64,000 nt of DNA from a virus. Its lineage: Duplodnaviria > Caudoviricetes. The notes below the pieces were generated by a model, which saw only the letters and a program-made list of their open reading frames with translations, was not told where the DNA came from and did not search any database. The stretch lies in IMG/VR virus record IMGVR_UViG_3300035501_001483. The stretch is one strand, 5' to 3'. This document shows, one piece after another, positions 20,034-30,747 of this stretch. How positions within the stretch are numbered: the first letter of the stretch is position 1; every line of letters begins with the position of its first letter. The position numbers and the translations under genes are program-made.

Positions 20034-20903
20034 ATGGCACTCCAGACAATTCAGAGCAATCTGAAGACCAATACGAAGGATTATAACAAGTTTAGTTATT
20101 TCCTTCAGGGCATCGATGTTACCCAGCAGAACCTGTCCGGATTTGATCCGTACATTCAGGGTACATCTCGTATCTTCATGTATACGCCTCCCTTCTTCAT
20201 GACGGAAGGCTTCCCGGAGCAGACTCGCGTCTTCAAGTCCATCATCGAGACGGGCTACACCCGTGTGGACGGCATTGCCGACCTGACGGTGGACTTCGTG
20301 GAGTTCGAAGGCGGCTTTGCCGGCCAGAAGTTCTCCAACGTGTCTCTGGTCCGTGACGATACGGATACCTTCACCATCACGGTGTATGAGCAGAGCGGTT
20401 CTCCCGTTCGTGAGTTCCTCGACACCTGGGTGACTGGCGTCCGCGATCCTCGGTCCGGCGTTGCCACTTACCATGGCATCATGCTGGAGCACGGCGAGGA
20501 GTATCCCGCTGCTACGACCGTGAATGCGGCCGGTCAGACCGTTGCCAAGGTTCCCTATGGTGAGAAGTATCACACCGCAGAGTTCATCTACTACGATCTG
20601 ACGCCCAACATGCAGGACCTCGAGTATGCTTGCATGCTCGCTCACTGCTTCCCGACAAAGGTTCCCAAGAGCCACCTCAACTACGAGCATGGTGTCCGCG
20701 ACAACGTCAGCCTCGACTGCGAGTTCCGTGTCACCAAGTACGAGTCCAGCTACATCAACCAGATCGCCGAATGGTATCGCCAGGTGGACAAGCTGAAGTT
20801 CAGCTATCTGAACTTCGATCCCGGCATCACCCAGGACGAGGTCAACTCCAGCTATCAGCTGCAGCTTGATGGATCTGGTTCCGGCATTGCTTCGGAGGAC
20901 TAA
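20034..20903 (+). CDS. Tail tube protein
   Basis: Follows the sheath gene; YEQSGSPVREFLDTWVTG resembles jumbo myophage tube proteins. Confidence 0.75.
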   Translation: MALQTIQSNLKTNTKDYNKFSYFLQGIDVTQQNLSGFDPYIQGTSRIFMYTPPFFMTEGFPEQTRVFKSIIETGYTRVDGIADLTVDFVEFEGGFAGQKFSNVSLVRDDTDTFTITVYEQSGSPVREFLDTWVTGVRDPRSGVATYHGIMLEHGEEYPAATTVNAAGQTVAKVPYGEKYHTAEFIYYDLTPNMQDLEYACMLAHCFPTKVPKSHLNYEHGVRDNVSLDCEFRVTKYESSYINQIAEWYRQVDKLKFSYLNFDPGITQDEVNSSYQLQLDGSGSGIASED

Positions 20904-21109
20904 GGCTCAGTGGTTTCACCCATGTGATCTCCTTTATCGGTTAACATATACGCTCCTTAGCACAAAGAGAAGGCTACTACCAGAGATGGTAGTAGCCTTC
21001 TCAATGCTCTTATGAGAGAAGTGTAGTTCTTCACACGAAGATATGATAGATTTAGATTGAGGGTCGGACACTCTCAATAAAATTTAGGGTAAGAAAGGTG
21101 AGGTAAAAA

Positions 21110-22309
21110 ATGATTAGCATAGACTACAAGGGACACCCTAAGAAACCCTTCAAGCAACTGCTACACGAGTACACCAACACATACCTCATCCTGGATGACG
21201 TGCTTGCTAGTGAGGAGAGCTATAGCTACGTCTACCAGGATATTCTAGACATTCTCAAGTACGGTCTAGAGAAGAAGAACATTCGTGAACTCCCCATTCG
21301 TTTCAAGATCCATGATGAAGACCCTGGTGATGTGGAGCATCTGCATACCTTGCAATGCCGGCATTTCTTGTCCAACCTTGTCATGTGGTATGCCTTCATG
21401 AAGATGGAGCGCGTCGACGTGATGGACGAGTCTTACATCATTGACTGGGTTGGCAAAGATGTGAAATACATTGCGCACTACATCGACGAGATGATTATCC
21501 CCAACTACTTTGGCGATTTCCACAGTCTCAACGCCATCGTGGATGAGATCATCTTCCACATCAAAGCCATCTCCGACGCATTCTGTCTCATCTTCGGCTA
21601 CAGTGCCTCCATCTGGGACATCATGCAAGCGGAGCGTGCAGACCCCGAGATTCACGATATCATCTATGGCAATATCGATCTGAATATGCAGCCCAAGGAA
21701 CTTGAGGAATACCTCAAGGACCTCAATGAGCGTCTGATGGATCGCTTTGCCCATAGTGACAGCGACTTGCGGCCGTTGCTTCTCTCTGGCAAGAACATCT
21801 CTGCCAACCAGTTCAAGGAGATCTTCCTGAAGATTGGCTTGAAAGCAGATATGTCCAACCGCACCATTCCATGGTACATCAACAGCAATTTGCTCATCAC
21901 GGGCATCGACACGCCCGCAGGATTCTACATCTTGGCAGGATCGGGTCGTAAAGCCCTGATGGACTCCAAACTGCTGATGTCCAAACCTGGCGCTCTCTCC
22001 AAGAAAATGAATCACAGTGCTACCGCAATCATTCTTCGTAAGGATCACGAGCACTGCGATTCCACTCGTCCTGTGTATTATTACATCAAGGACGAGGACT
22101 TCCTGAAAGCGCTGGACAAGAGATGGTACTACGATGAACGTGGTAGCCTCCATCTCCTCAACTATAAGACCGATAAGGATCTGATCGGTAAGACCCTGGG
22201 CTTCAGATCCCCGTGCACATGCAGCTCCAAGGATGGCGTCTGCGAACTGTGCTACGGCACATTATTTGACATTAACGATGACCTGTTTTCACAGGGCTCG
22301 TTGGCGGCT
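21110..22309 (+). CDS. RNA polymerase beta' C-terminal subunit, exon 1
   Basis: Bridge-helix-like GRKALMDSK...PGAL; Zn site RSPCTC...CELCYG; size of spliced product (668 aa) fits an AR9-like nvRNAP subunit. Confidence 0.85.
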
Positions 22310-24294
22310 AAACTTACCCTCGGCAGCAATGCTGACAAGTTTCAATACTTGGTGGTCGCCTAAAACCGCTTGAACTGCGGGGAGGTCTCGATAAAGACAT
22401 TCAAATTACCAAGCCAGTGTGGTGACATGCTGGTGGCAAAGGGCAACGCCGGAGATATGGTAACAAGATTTGGATGAGGGATGATCCGCAACTAAGGGAC
22501 TGCTAGCCAAAATCATCGGGCAGTTTAAAGCTCAACGGCTATCGAAACGGTAACTGGGACGGTGACGCCTCAGGTAGAACGGAGTAGAGTAGGGGTTTAT
22601 TTTGAGTACGTTATCTCGTGAGCTATTTCTACTAGCAAGGCTCCTTTTAAAATGTTAAACTGAGCCATTGGTTCATCAAGTTAACGTAGAATTCTATTGG
22701 TATGAATATAATTCCAGTAAATACTTTCAGATTAGCAATGTTCTGATTATATGGAGGAATTTAATATGAATATCAATGAAGAAAACACTTTCTATCTGAT
22801 GTACGGTACGTCCGCATACTACATCACGACGGACTGCCGTATCTTTGGAACGAAGGAAGACCAGATCGTTCTGAATCCTTGGATTCAGAGAGTAAATCCT
22901 GAGCGCAAGTTCAGATTTACTGATACTCGGTATTCGACTGAACTTTCTCTCACCGAATTCATGGCATACACATTCTACGGCAAAACAGCAGCACGCGTCG
23001 CACTGCGTTACCAGGACGACGTACCTACCCTAGACAATATTATTCATATCGACCGGCCGCAATTCAAGATCCCGAACGACCGCACGTTGGTCGTATGCGC
23101 TGGCGAAGAGTATCGTAGATGCATCACAAATCCCCGTGCGAATGAGGCATTCTACATCAATCGTTATGGTGCAGTCATCCGGTCTCACGTTCGTCGAGCT
23201 GTAACAGAGTTCGAGTTCGTGCAATGGAAATATATCAATGGGTATCCGTACGTCTTCAGTCGCACTGTGCATCTTCTCGTATGGAAAGCATGGGGTGATG
23301 TAGAGCGCAGCGAAGAAACTGACGTGCATCATTCCGATGAGTGCCGCTGGAACGCCGATATTGACAACCTGCAGCTGCTTACGAAATCTGAGCATCGTCG
23401 TGTTCATGGTGGTACCAATGCTGGTAAAGCCGGAAAATACGATGAAGCAACGATTCGCCATGTATGCGAGATGATTGAGGCAGATGCGCACATCGATGAC
23501 ATCATCCAGTATCTCACTGATGGTGCGCAAGATAAGCGTAATGCCGCACGTTGCATGGTACAGCGTGTTCTCAAGGGTGGATATCCTGATGTCACATGTG
23601 ACTACGACTTCTCGAATTATCGGAAGTTCAAGGGAATCGTATTTGACGAGAGCGTCATTCGTGAGGCATGCGAGATGTTGTCGAGCAACACGCCGTATAG
23701 TGACTTGGATATCACTGCCGCTACTGGATTGAACCCTGCCTACATTGGGCAAATTCGGCACGGCAATGTGACCAATGCAGCGATTGCAGATATCGTCAAG
23801 GAGTACAAGGATAAGATTCACTGCGAAGTTCGCAAAGATGGAAAATTCAAGCCCCATCTCAGCGACCTTGATGTGCAAGAGATTCTTTCTCTTTGCATGC
23901 GTAGTAATCTCTGCAATAATGAAATTGGTGATCGTTATGGTGTATCATCTTCCACCATTTGTGGAATTCGACTTGGAGACTGCCAGGCATACAATCATAT
24001 GATTCACGGCGAGTGCCCGTGCATCTTTACGCCTAGCGAGAGAAAGTATAAAACCAGCATACTGATCGTCGATGAGAACGATCCTCGTGTCATTAGCCTT
24101 CGTGATGAGTATTACTCAAGATAAGCTTCCCAAGTGAGCGGCATTTAGGCGCATCTCTATAGGCCTTTGTATCGTCTATAGAGATGCTCTATTTGAAGAT
24201 ATAGTCTAAGTTTCTAGGAATAGGGGTAAATTCCTAGTAGGTATCTCCTACAATAAATTAAAGTCTTGAAATTTATCGGAGAACCATTGACTTA
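22310..24294 (+). mobile_element. Group I intron with HNH homing endonuclease ORF; predicted terminal nucleotide A
   Basis: P aactgcgggga, Q gatccgcaac, R tcaacggcta, S aagatatagtct; P1 ggcggcU/Ggtcgcc; P10 acttggt/accaagt. Confidence 0.88.
22766..24124 (+). CDS. Intron-encoded HNH homing endonuclease with C-terminal HTH-like repeats
   Basis: VHHSDECRWNADIDNLQLLTKSEHRRVH; lies between the intron R and S elements; ggagg SD. Confidence 0.85.
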   Translation: MNINEENTFYLMYGTSAYYITTDCRIFGTKEDQIVLNPWIQRVNPERKFRFTDTRYSTELSLTEFMAYTFYGKTAARVALRYQDDVPTLDNIIHIDRPQFKIPNDRTLVVCAGEEYRRCITNPRANEAFYINRYGAVIRSHVRRAVTEFEFVQWKYINGYPYVFSRTVHLLVWKAWGDVERSEETDVHHSDECRWNADIDNLQLLTKSEHRRVHGGTNAGKAGKYDEATIRHVCEMIEADAHIDDIIQYLTDGAQDKRNAARCMVQRVLKGGYPDVTCDYDFSNYRKFKGIVFDESVIREACEMLSSNTPYSDLDITAATGLNPAYIGQIRHGNVTNAAIADIVKEYKDKIHCEVRKDGKFKPHLSDLDVQEILSLCMRSNLCNNEIGDRYGVSSSTICGIRLGDCQAYNHMIHGECPCIFTPSERKYKTSILIVDENDPRVISLRDEYYSR

Positions 24295-25101
24295 ACCAAG
24301 TCATCAGAACCTTACTCACAAGGTCTTTTAGGTCAAAAGCACTCCCAGTTTACTACGTCGGACGAGATTAAGTTCGATGAAGATTTCTATAAGAGCTTTG
24401 ATATCGTCAATACTGAAGTTACAATGAGTGACTCTGTGGAAGACGGTCTTATGCTCCAGCTCGGCCCTGTCCAGGTTGAGGAAACCGATGATGGGGATGT
24501 CTACTATGTTGAGTATTTCGACCTGGTGGACTACAACGGTGAACTGAAAGCTCATGTCGAAGAAGAGCATAAGTTCAACCTCTATTTGTCCAAGGAAATG
24601 GAAGCTGCATGGAAGCAGTTTGGCGATAAACCTATCCCCGTGGACAAATTTGATGACGATGATGATACCACAATCCTTTTCAACATCGAAATCAAGTCTA
24701 AGAGCAATGGTCAAGGCTACACGCGTGTGACCGCGTTGCTCGACTCCAAGGACCACATGGGATACTCTGAGAACATCGATGGTATGTGCCAAGAGTTCGC
24801 GGAGACCATGCTGGATAGCGGCATTAACTACAACTTCGTGCATTATGAAATGATCATTCGCTCCATGATGCGTAAGAAGAGCAACGAGCTCGAGTATCCT
24901 GACTTCGGGCCCAATGGAGACCATAAGGATTACATCATCCTGAGATTGACGAGTTCTCTGAGTAAGAATCCCAGCCCCATGGTGCGGTTGAGCACTGGCT
25001 GGCTCAAGAAGAACCTGATCTCTACGCAGCTGTATAAGGCCCATCGGCCTTCTCATCTCGATGCGCTGTTTGTCCCTGTACTGACAGACGTCATCGACTG
25101 A
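24295..25101 (+). CDS. RNA polymerase beta' C-terminal subunit, exon 2
   Basis: Splicing gives LAA-TKSSEPYSQGLLGQKH, the trigger-loop motif; VHYEMIIRSMMR conserved block. Confidence 0.85.
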   Translation, partial: TKSSEPYSQGLLGQKHSQFTTSDEIKFDEDFYKSFDIVNTEVTMSDSVEDGLMLQLGPVQVEETDDGDVYYVEYFDLVDYNGELKAHVEEEHKFNLYLSKEMEAAWKQFGDKPIPVDKFDDDDDTTILFNIEIKSKSNGQGYTRVTALLDSKDHMGYSENIDGMCQEFAETMLDSGINYNFVHYEMIIRSMMRKKSNELEYPDFGPNGDHKDYIILRLTSSLSKNPSPMVRLSTGWLKKNLISTQLYKAHRPSHLDALFVPVLTDVID

Positions 25102-25144
25102 GGCCTTAAGAGACTACTACCGTGAGGTAGTAGTCTCTTTTTTT

Positions 25145-25564
25145 TTATTTCAGAAATGCGATCGCGATTGGATAGCCGCTCGTTGATAATTCATATACCG
25201 TTGATCCTGAAGATCCTTGCGAATTATAATATAATCCATATAGTGTGATCTGTGTGCCGCTATATATTCCACATATGGATAAATTGCCACTCACACCAAC
25301 CCCATATGAGATGGTTGCGGTTGGTAACGTTGTAATGCATGGGAAAATTACATAGTCGCCAGCTGTTCTAATCGCTGTAATAAGCGCAGTTCTTATTGTA
25401 GATGATGCAGATATTGATGATATGGATGTCCATGTGACTCCGCTACTCAATGAGTTCTTTAAAGTTACGCCAGATGATGGAACTAATGAGTAGATCTCGC
25501 ATGCCTGTCCACCTGTTGCAGCAACTGCTTGTAAATAGCTTTGAATAGTTAATCCATCTGCCAT
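25145..25564 (-). CDS. Cassette 1 ORF: AT-rich S/T/I/Y-rich adhesin-like protein
   Basis: Atypical codon usage, no SD, preceded by the conserved leader; adhesin role is inference. Confidence 0.65.
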   Translation of the reverse strand: MADGLTIQSYLQAVAATGGQACEIYSLVPSSGVTLKNSLSSGVTWTSISSISASSTIRTALITAIRTAGDYVIFPCITTLPTATISYGVGVSGNLSICGIYSGTQITLYGLYYNSQGSSGSTVYELSTSGYPIAIAFLK

Positions 25565-25770
25565 GATTTGTAAATTTGGCGCGGGCTTCCCGCGCCAGCT
25601 TCGTGTCTTTATATCTTATCGACTCTTCGTCAAATGCAATTCCGGGACTTCCAACACCACGCACTAAGCAGCAATTATCCCCGGATTCGGTCTTTCGCCA
25701 GGCCGTTGCATCCAACTTTAAGCGTCTAAGATATGGTTTTAAGCTTGAACAGTCGATCCTTGATCGACTC
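25565..25770 (-). repeat. Cassette 1 structured leader
   Basis: 91/101 identical to 54063-54163; covarying hairpins. Confidence 0.85.
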
Positions 25771-25809
25771 AAACGAGCAAAAAAAAGATGCCGCGAGGGC
25801 ATCTTCTTT

Positions 25810-26688
25810 TTAAACCATTTGCAAAGCCGCCAGCAACGTGTAGATAGTCACGTACGTCGTCCCATTCTTCAGCACTTCCTGAGAGATCACATAGTGGAAT
25901 CGCCCGCCAGATGTATCAATGTCAGGCTGGTCTACCTTGGCGATGGAGAAGATCTGGTCATTGCTCTTCAGGCCAGGGAAGAGATGCTTGGTGACTGCCA
26001 CTCTATCCCCATCCAGCGTCACAAACTCTGTGATGTCGTTGTCCAGCATGTCCTGAATGATCTCGCTCTCGATTTGCCGGAACTTCAGTCCTCTATTCAT
26101 ATACCCAACCAGGTACTGATAGGATGGATCATAGATGAGACTTTGCAACGCCTGCATGTAAGCATCTTCGCCGTCTCGTTTGCGGTTAGGCAGCTGCAGG
26201 AATGGAATCACCAGTTCGTCCTTTGCTGCGGTCTTATCCTCCCGCAGAATTAACGACTGGTTATATAGATCACCATTGCGTTCGCCCATGATCACCAACG
26301 GCTCCAACTTCGTCTTGTGGAACTCTTTCAGCTTGTCCGCTACTTCCACGGGATTGATCAGGAGCCCTCGCCAGCCAGACAGGTCGTATTGGTACTTACC
26401 CTTCTCATCAACGAAGGGCGTTACATACATGATGCGCTCCAGATACGGCACGGATGACCGCCCAGCCAAGATATAGCAGCTGGGATGTTCTGGATTGGTA
26501 GGGTCTACGTAGTAGGGCGGAGTCATCGTGCGCATCATAGACGATAACTCCGTGTTTCGATCGATGTCAATGTAGTACAGGTCAAACAGCTTGGCAGCCA
26601 TCGTGTTGATTGCTTTCATATCCATAAAGTTCTGAATTACGAAGTCCTCTCTGCTTGACAATTCGGTCGATTTGGGTCTTCTTGCCAT
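25810..26688 (-). CDS. Hypothetical protein
   Basis: ORF with SD and upstream ATATCAT motif. Confidence 0.75.
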   Translation of the reverse strand: MARRPKSTELSSREDFVIQNFMDMKAINTMAAKLFDLYYIDIDRNTELSSMMRTMTPPYYVDPTNPEHPSCYILAGRSSVPYLERIMYVTPFVDEKGKYQYDLSGWRGLLINPVEVADKLKEFHKTKLEPLVIMGERNGDLYNQSLILREDKTAAKDELVIPFLQLPNRKRDGEDAYMQALQSLIYDPSYQYLVGYMNRGLKFRQIESEIIQDMLDNDITEFVTLDGDRVAVTKHLFPGLKSNDQIFSIAKVDQPDIDTSGGRFHYVISQEVLKNGTTYVTIYTLLAALQMV

Positions 26689-26724
26689 TCAATCACGTCC
26701 TTTCTTCATATCAATGATATTTGA

Positions 26725-27297
26725 TCAAGGATACGTGAGGAATGCCTTGGGATTGTGGAGTCTCAATGCGCTGATGAACTCCGCGAAATCGTCGTTGATG
26801 CTGTCAGCTTCAGCCTCGGTGCAGTACCGGGCAATAACTGCGGCAGCGGTGGGGCCAAGCGCGTCGAGATGAATGATGGTGTACTCTTCGCCGGGTTTGT
26901 ACCATGCATCCATTCTGACCTTTTCAGGGTCAGACAGAACGCCAAGGATATGTCTATCACGCAAATAGGGAGGCAGAATATCGTCATGCATGATGAAGTA
27001 CTTTCCAATGTACTCTGAGACATCAATCTCAATCAGAACATTGGGCTGGTTTTTCTTGAAGCGACTCAGCACCAGCGCGTTAGACATGAATGACCAGTAC
27101 TCTGTGGCCAAACTGACGTCCAAGCCCTCAAGCGGATTACGCTGAGGGACTTTTATAGTGCCATACTCATTGGGACCGACTTTGACAATCTTCGCATGAT
27201 CGCCGACGTCCACCCCAACGTTCGTTCCTTCCACTTTAACAGTGACGGAGTCGCCACGGGGCTCTGTCTCGAACGTGAAATCAGAAATGTTACTCAT
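26725..27297 (-). CDS. Hypothetical protein
   Basis: ATGA overlap with the upstream gene. Confidence 0.7.
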   Translation of the reverse strand: MSNISDFTFETEPRGDSVTVKVEGTNVGVDVGDHAKIVKVGPNEYGTIKVPQRNPLEGLDVSLATEYWSFMSNALVLSRFKKNQPNVLIEIDVSEYIGKYFIMHDDILPPYLRDRHILGVLSDPEKVRMDAWYKPGEEYTIIHLDALGPTAAAVIARYCTEAEADSINDDFAEFISALRLHNPKAFLTYP

Positions 27298-27869
27298 CGA
27301 ATGATCCTCCCTTGGCATGCCGGCAGCAGAAATGCATCGGGGTGCGCCTCGATAAAGAGTTCAATCATATCGGACAGGACGTCGGCGTACTCCATGGCCG
27401 TGTCTTTCGTCATATATCGATTTACGAGGATACCACATTCCTTTCCAATGATGGGAAGAGGAATCACTGTGAATGTCTCATACAGGAAGCCATCCAGCGG
27501 TTCCGTAGCATCCCGGAAGAAAACGCAGACCGCGCCAAGCCTGCATGATGATGGCAGATATTCAGGTCGTATGAATACGGGATGGTCGGTATATTCTGAA
27601 ATTGAAATACCGATATGTGTCGTCGGATGCACTTTTCTCCACTGATGCATAGAATAGGCGCTGATGATCTCGGACCAGAAGTCAATAGCTTTCAGAACTT
27701 CCACTCCATCTTTGGTGTAGCAGAACGACGGATCCTTGATCTTTTCAGGAGCCTCTTCATGCTCGTCGTTGGTTTCTTTAGCAGCAGCCTTTGTGTAGGC
27801 CATTGCTTTAACCTCTTTCGGGGGTTTGCCAGCTTTGGCCGCTTCTAATTCTTTTTGAAATAAACCCAT
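27294..27869 (-). CDS. Hypothetical protein
   Basis: SD; in operon. Confidence 0.7.
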   Translation of the reverse strand: MGLFQKELEAAKAGKPPKEVKAMAYTKAAAKETNDEHEEAPEKIKDPSFCYTKDGVEVLKAIDFWSEIISAYSMHQWRKVHPTTHIGISISEYTDHPVFIRPEYLPSSCRLGAVCVFFRDATEPLDGFLYETFTVIPLPIIGKECGILVNRYMTKDTAMEYADVLSDMIELFIEAHPDAFLLPACQGRIIR

Positions 27870-27871
27870 GG

Positions 27872-28213
27872 TCAGTTCTCCTTTCGCATTTTCTCTAATT
27901 CGTACTGGGCTCGTTGCTGTTTCTGGTCAAGAGCCCGATAATATTCAAGGTCCCTGTGTAGGGTCACGGACGCATTATCAACGTCCTTTCTGGAGTGCCA
28001 TTCCCTCTCAGACACCAGCAAACATAGGCGTTCCAGGATGCGATATTTGAAACTTTGATTGCGGATCTCTTTTTGAATATCGAAGACATCCTGAATCATT
28101 TGGCCAATTCCCTTCACGATATATCGCCAGTCATCTTCTGTCAATGGCTCATACTTGGGTGCTGCCGGGACCTCGAAAAGATCGAGGTCCCAGTATTTGT
28201 CATTATTGGGCAT
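27872..28213 (-). CDS. Hypothetical protein
   Basis: SD; in operon. Confidence 0.7.
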   Translation of the reverse strand: MPNNDKYWDLDLFEVPAAPKYEPLTEDDWRYIVKGIGQMIQDVFDIQKEIRNQSFKYRILERLCLLVSEREWHSRKDVDNASVTLHRDLEYYRALDQKQQRAQYELEKMRKEN

Positions 28214-28231
28214 CTGGGCTAAGCTCCTCTC

Positions 28232-28795
28232 TTACGAGAAGTCATCAATGTGCTCCTCAATGTGAGCGAAAATTTGATCGGTAGTGGGGAGTTTCATGAA
28301 GATCTCCATCATCGCCCACCAATGCTTTCCAGTATAGCACTCCATGAAGAAGTCATTGGCATTCATTTTATACTCACGCTGCTCATTCTTATCGATGAAC
28401 TGAATTTGGTACTTGGGAATGTCAATGTGCTCCTTGAAGAAGAGCTTACCCACAAACGTCTTGGGAGACAGATTCTGGATAAGCATGATGGACGGATACA
28501 GAGAAGTCAAGTCCATATCGATCACAAAGTTGTGGATATGCTGCATGAGAGCACCAGCGATATTGAAGCCGGACTGCTTCTGCCGACGAGGCTCTGCCAC
28601 ATAGGCGCCATCATAGGCTTTGACCCGGCGTCTACCAGTGCCCGTTTTGGTAACGCCATCAGTTTTACTCGCTGTCTTGAAGCGATCGATCTTGGTCCGG
28701 GTACGACTCATGTGGTTCATACCCGGATTTCTGATGACGTCTAAGCGGGAGCGATAATCTTTTTGCTTCCCGTTGTTATCTTGAATATAAGCCAT
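28232..28795 (-). CDS. Family B DNA polymerase fragment carrying motif A
   Basis: YDGAYVAEP and DMDLTSLYPSIM...NLSP. Confidence 0.85.
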   Translation of the reverse strand: MAYIQDNNGKQKDYRSRLDVIRNPGMNHMSRTRTKIDRFKTASKTDGVTKTGTGRRRVKAYDGAYVAEPRRQKQSGFNIAGALMQHIHNFVIDMDLTSLYPSIMLIQNLSPKTFVGKLFFKEHIDIPKYQIQFIDKNEQREYKMNANDFFMECYTGKHWWAMMEIFMKLPTTDQIFAHIEEHIDDFS

Positions 28796-28798
28796 GAG

Positions 28799-29095
28799 TT
28801 AACCTCCTTGGCCCATCAGCTCCGCGCCCATCTCGATACGACCAGCAACTTCCTGGAGCTGCTCAATCTCTTCGGCATCCAGACCATCGGCACCCAGAAT
28901 CTGCTGAGCTAAGCTTGAATACTTCTGCTCAACGGTCTCCAGCTGTGCCTTGTCCATGCCGCGAATGGTCGCAAAGATGTCACAAAGCGCATCGATGATC
29001 TTGCGCTTTGCCATTCCGTTGATGTTGCGGGACTGGATGATCAGATTGCTGTAGCCAATGACCTTGGCCGCACATACAAATTGATCACTGTTCAT
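28799..29095 (-). CDS. Hypothetical protein
   Basis: aaggag SD; between the polymerase fragments. Confidence 0.7.
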   Translation of the reverse strand: MNSDQFVCAAKVIGYSNLIIQSRNINGMAKRKIIDALCDIFATIRGMDKAQLETVEQKYSSLAQQILGADGLDAEEIEQLQEVAGRIEMGAELMGQGG

Positions 29096-29110
29096 ATGCG
29101 TTCTCTCCTT

Positions 29111-29227
29111 TCACTTATTGCCGAAATTCTCCTTGATCGTCCAGACCAAGGCCCGGAGCAGATCAACGATCAGACTGACTGTGAGATAGATCGGAATCAG
29201 CTCCAGAAGATACAGAAACACTTTCAT
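29111..29227 (-). CDS. 38-aa membrane peptide
   Basis: MKVFLYLLELIPIYLTVSLIVDLLRALVWTIKENFGNK; fills the gap between genes. Confidence 0.5.
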   Translation of the reverse strand: MKVFLYLLELIPIYLTVSLIVDLLRALVWTIKENFGNK

Positions 29228-29244
29228 TACGATGCTACGTGTCA

Positions 29245-30747
29245 TTAGAAATCACCGCCTTCCTCAAAGCCGCCTTCAATGAGACTGTCGGCTTCATCAT
29301 AGGCATCCACGTCGTCGGGATCGGCCAGCAGTGCCTCTTGCGACATCAGGTCGAACTCCTCATGGGCCGCCTTATCATCGATGAACTTTCGATAATCAAA
29401 GGGCGCCATGATACGGTTGGCGTTGGTGCCCAAAATGAATCCCTCCTTGAAGAAATACTTGGTCAATGAAGTGGTCAACATCGTGGTGGACACAAACGCT
29501 TCAGGAATCAGCATACCGTGGTCGTAGCATCTATCGTATACGGCGTCAATGTCACCAGTGGTTCTACCAATGCCTTTCTGCAGAAGAACGTCCTTGATAT
29601 TGTACATGAAGTACTTCCAGAGGTTCTTATACATAAAGGTCTTGATGTTGCCTTCCTCTTCATAGTTGAGCTTCTCATCACGCAATTCCTTCTTGGCGAT
29701 GGCGTTCAACTTCATGGAAGGCAGTTTGCCGGCACCAGATCGCACGCCTGCATACATCCACATCTGACACATGATCAGTGGCTTGATAGAGATGACGCAG
29801 CGATGGTTCCGCTTATGGACTTGGATGTTGTCGTCCTCTTCAAAGAAGCAGGTCTTATACTTGAAGGCCGGGTCACAGATGATGGCTTCAGGCTCATAGC
29901 CCAATGCCAAAGGCCGTTCGATGAGGTTCCGGACATCATATGGAGCGTTCCACGCCATCAAATAATCCAGATTGGATCTTCTGATGAGCTCCCAGAAGAC
30001 CTGATGTAACTTGATCTCATCGTCAAATAAGATCAGATGATACGTCATCTCTCCATAGTATTCATCGAAGTTGGCATGACACTCTGCGATGAACTCGTCC
30101 ATGTGGTTCTTCAGGTAGTCCACTTGCTCATAGAAGTGCGCTTTGACTTCCTGTGTCTTTCCATAGTTGGGATTGGTCTCTGCCAAGATCGGCAGGTTGT
30201 CTTTGCACAGACCCAAGGTATACACGGTGTTCTTGGAATCGTCAATGAACGTGATGGCCGACGTCGGGGCCTCACCAGGAGCAGCAAAGCCATCGGCCTG
30301 AATGATATCAGATTCGATATCGAAGTATCCCACGTTGATGGGCTTGGGCAAGTCATTACCATACTCCAAAAGGAACTGAATCCAATACCAATGCTCGATT
30401 TTGATGTCATATCCAAATAAGAGCGGGGAATACTTGACATCATCGGGAGAGCACCCGAGAATATGGGCAATGTCGCGATCTCTATAGTGATAAGAAACGA
30501 CATGCTTATCGAGATTCTCCACCGATTCCCAGCAATCGATATACTGGGCTCTCGGCCAGAACTCTTTCTTGAGAATATAAATCTCATAGCAGGGGTGGTC
30601 GATCGTCTCAATGTAGGTCTGTCCTGTCACAATGTCCTTGAAAGTGATTGCGATGGCATCCCGAGCGCCCAACTCAAAGCAGTCGTAAGATACGATATGA
30701 ATGGGCATGAGACTTCGACCCTCAAATCGAGGATCTAAAAATTTCAT
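29245..30747 (-). CDS. Family B DNA polymerase N-terminal/3'-5' exonuclease fragment
   Basis: ExoI YFDIES, ExoII AWNAPYD, ExoIII YNIKDV. Confidence 0.85.
   Translation of the reverse strand: MKFLDPRFEGRSLMPIHIVSYDCFELGARDAIAITFKDIVTGQTYIETIDHPCYEIYILKKEFWPRAQYIDCWESVENLDKHVVSYHYRDRDIAHILGCSPDDVKYSPLLFGYDIKIEHWYWIQFLLEYGNDLPKPINVGYFDIESDIIQADGFAAPGEAPTSAITFIDDSKNTVYTLGLCKDNLPILAETNPNYGKTQEVKAHFYEQVDYLKNHMDEFIAECHANFDEYYGEMTYHLILFDDEIKLHQVFWELIRRSNLDYLMAWNAPYDVRNLIERPLALGYEPEAIICDPAFKYKTCFFEEDDNIQVHKRNHRCVISIKPLIMCQMWMYAGVRSGAGKLPSMKLNAIAKKELRDEKLNYEEEGNIKTFMYKNLWKYFMYNIKDVLLQKGIGRTTGDIDAVYDRCYDHGMLIPEAFVSTTMLTTSLTKYFFKEGFILGTNANRIMAPFDYRKFIDDKAAHEEFDLMSQEALLADPDDVDAYDEADSLIEGGFEEGGDF

Noticed and set aside
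25576-26253. ORFs spanning cassette leaders (also the 54158 upstream extension and 56987-57172)
   Set aside because: The leaders are conserved as nucleotide structure, not as a reading frame, between copies.
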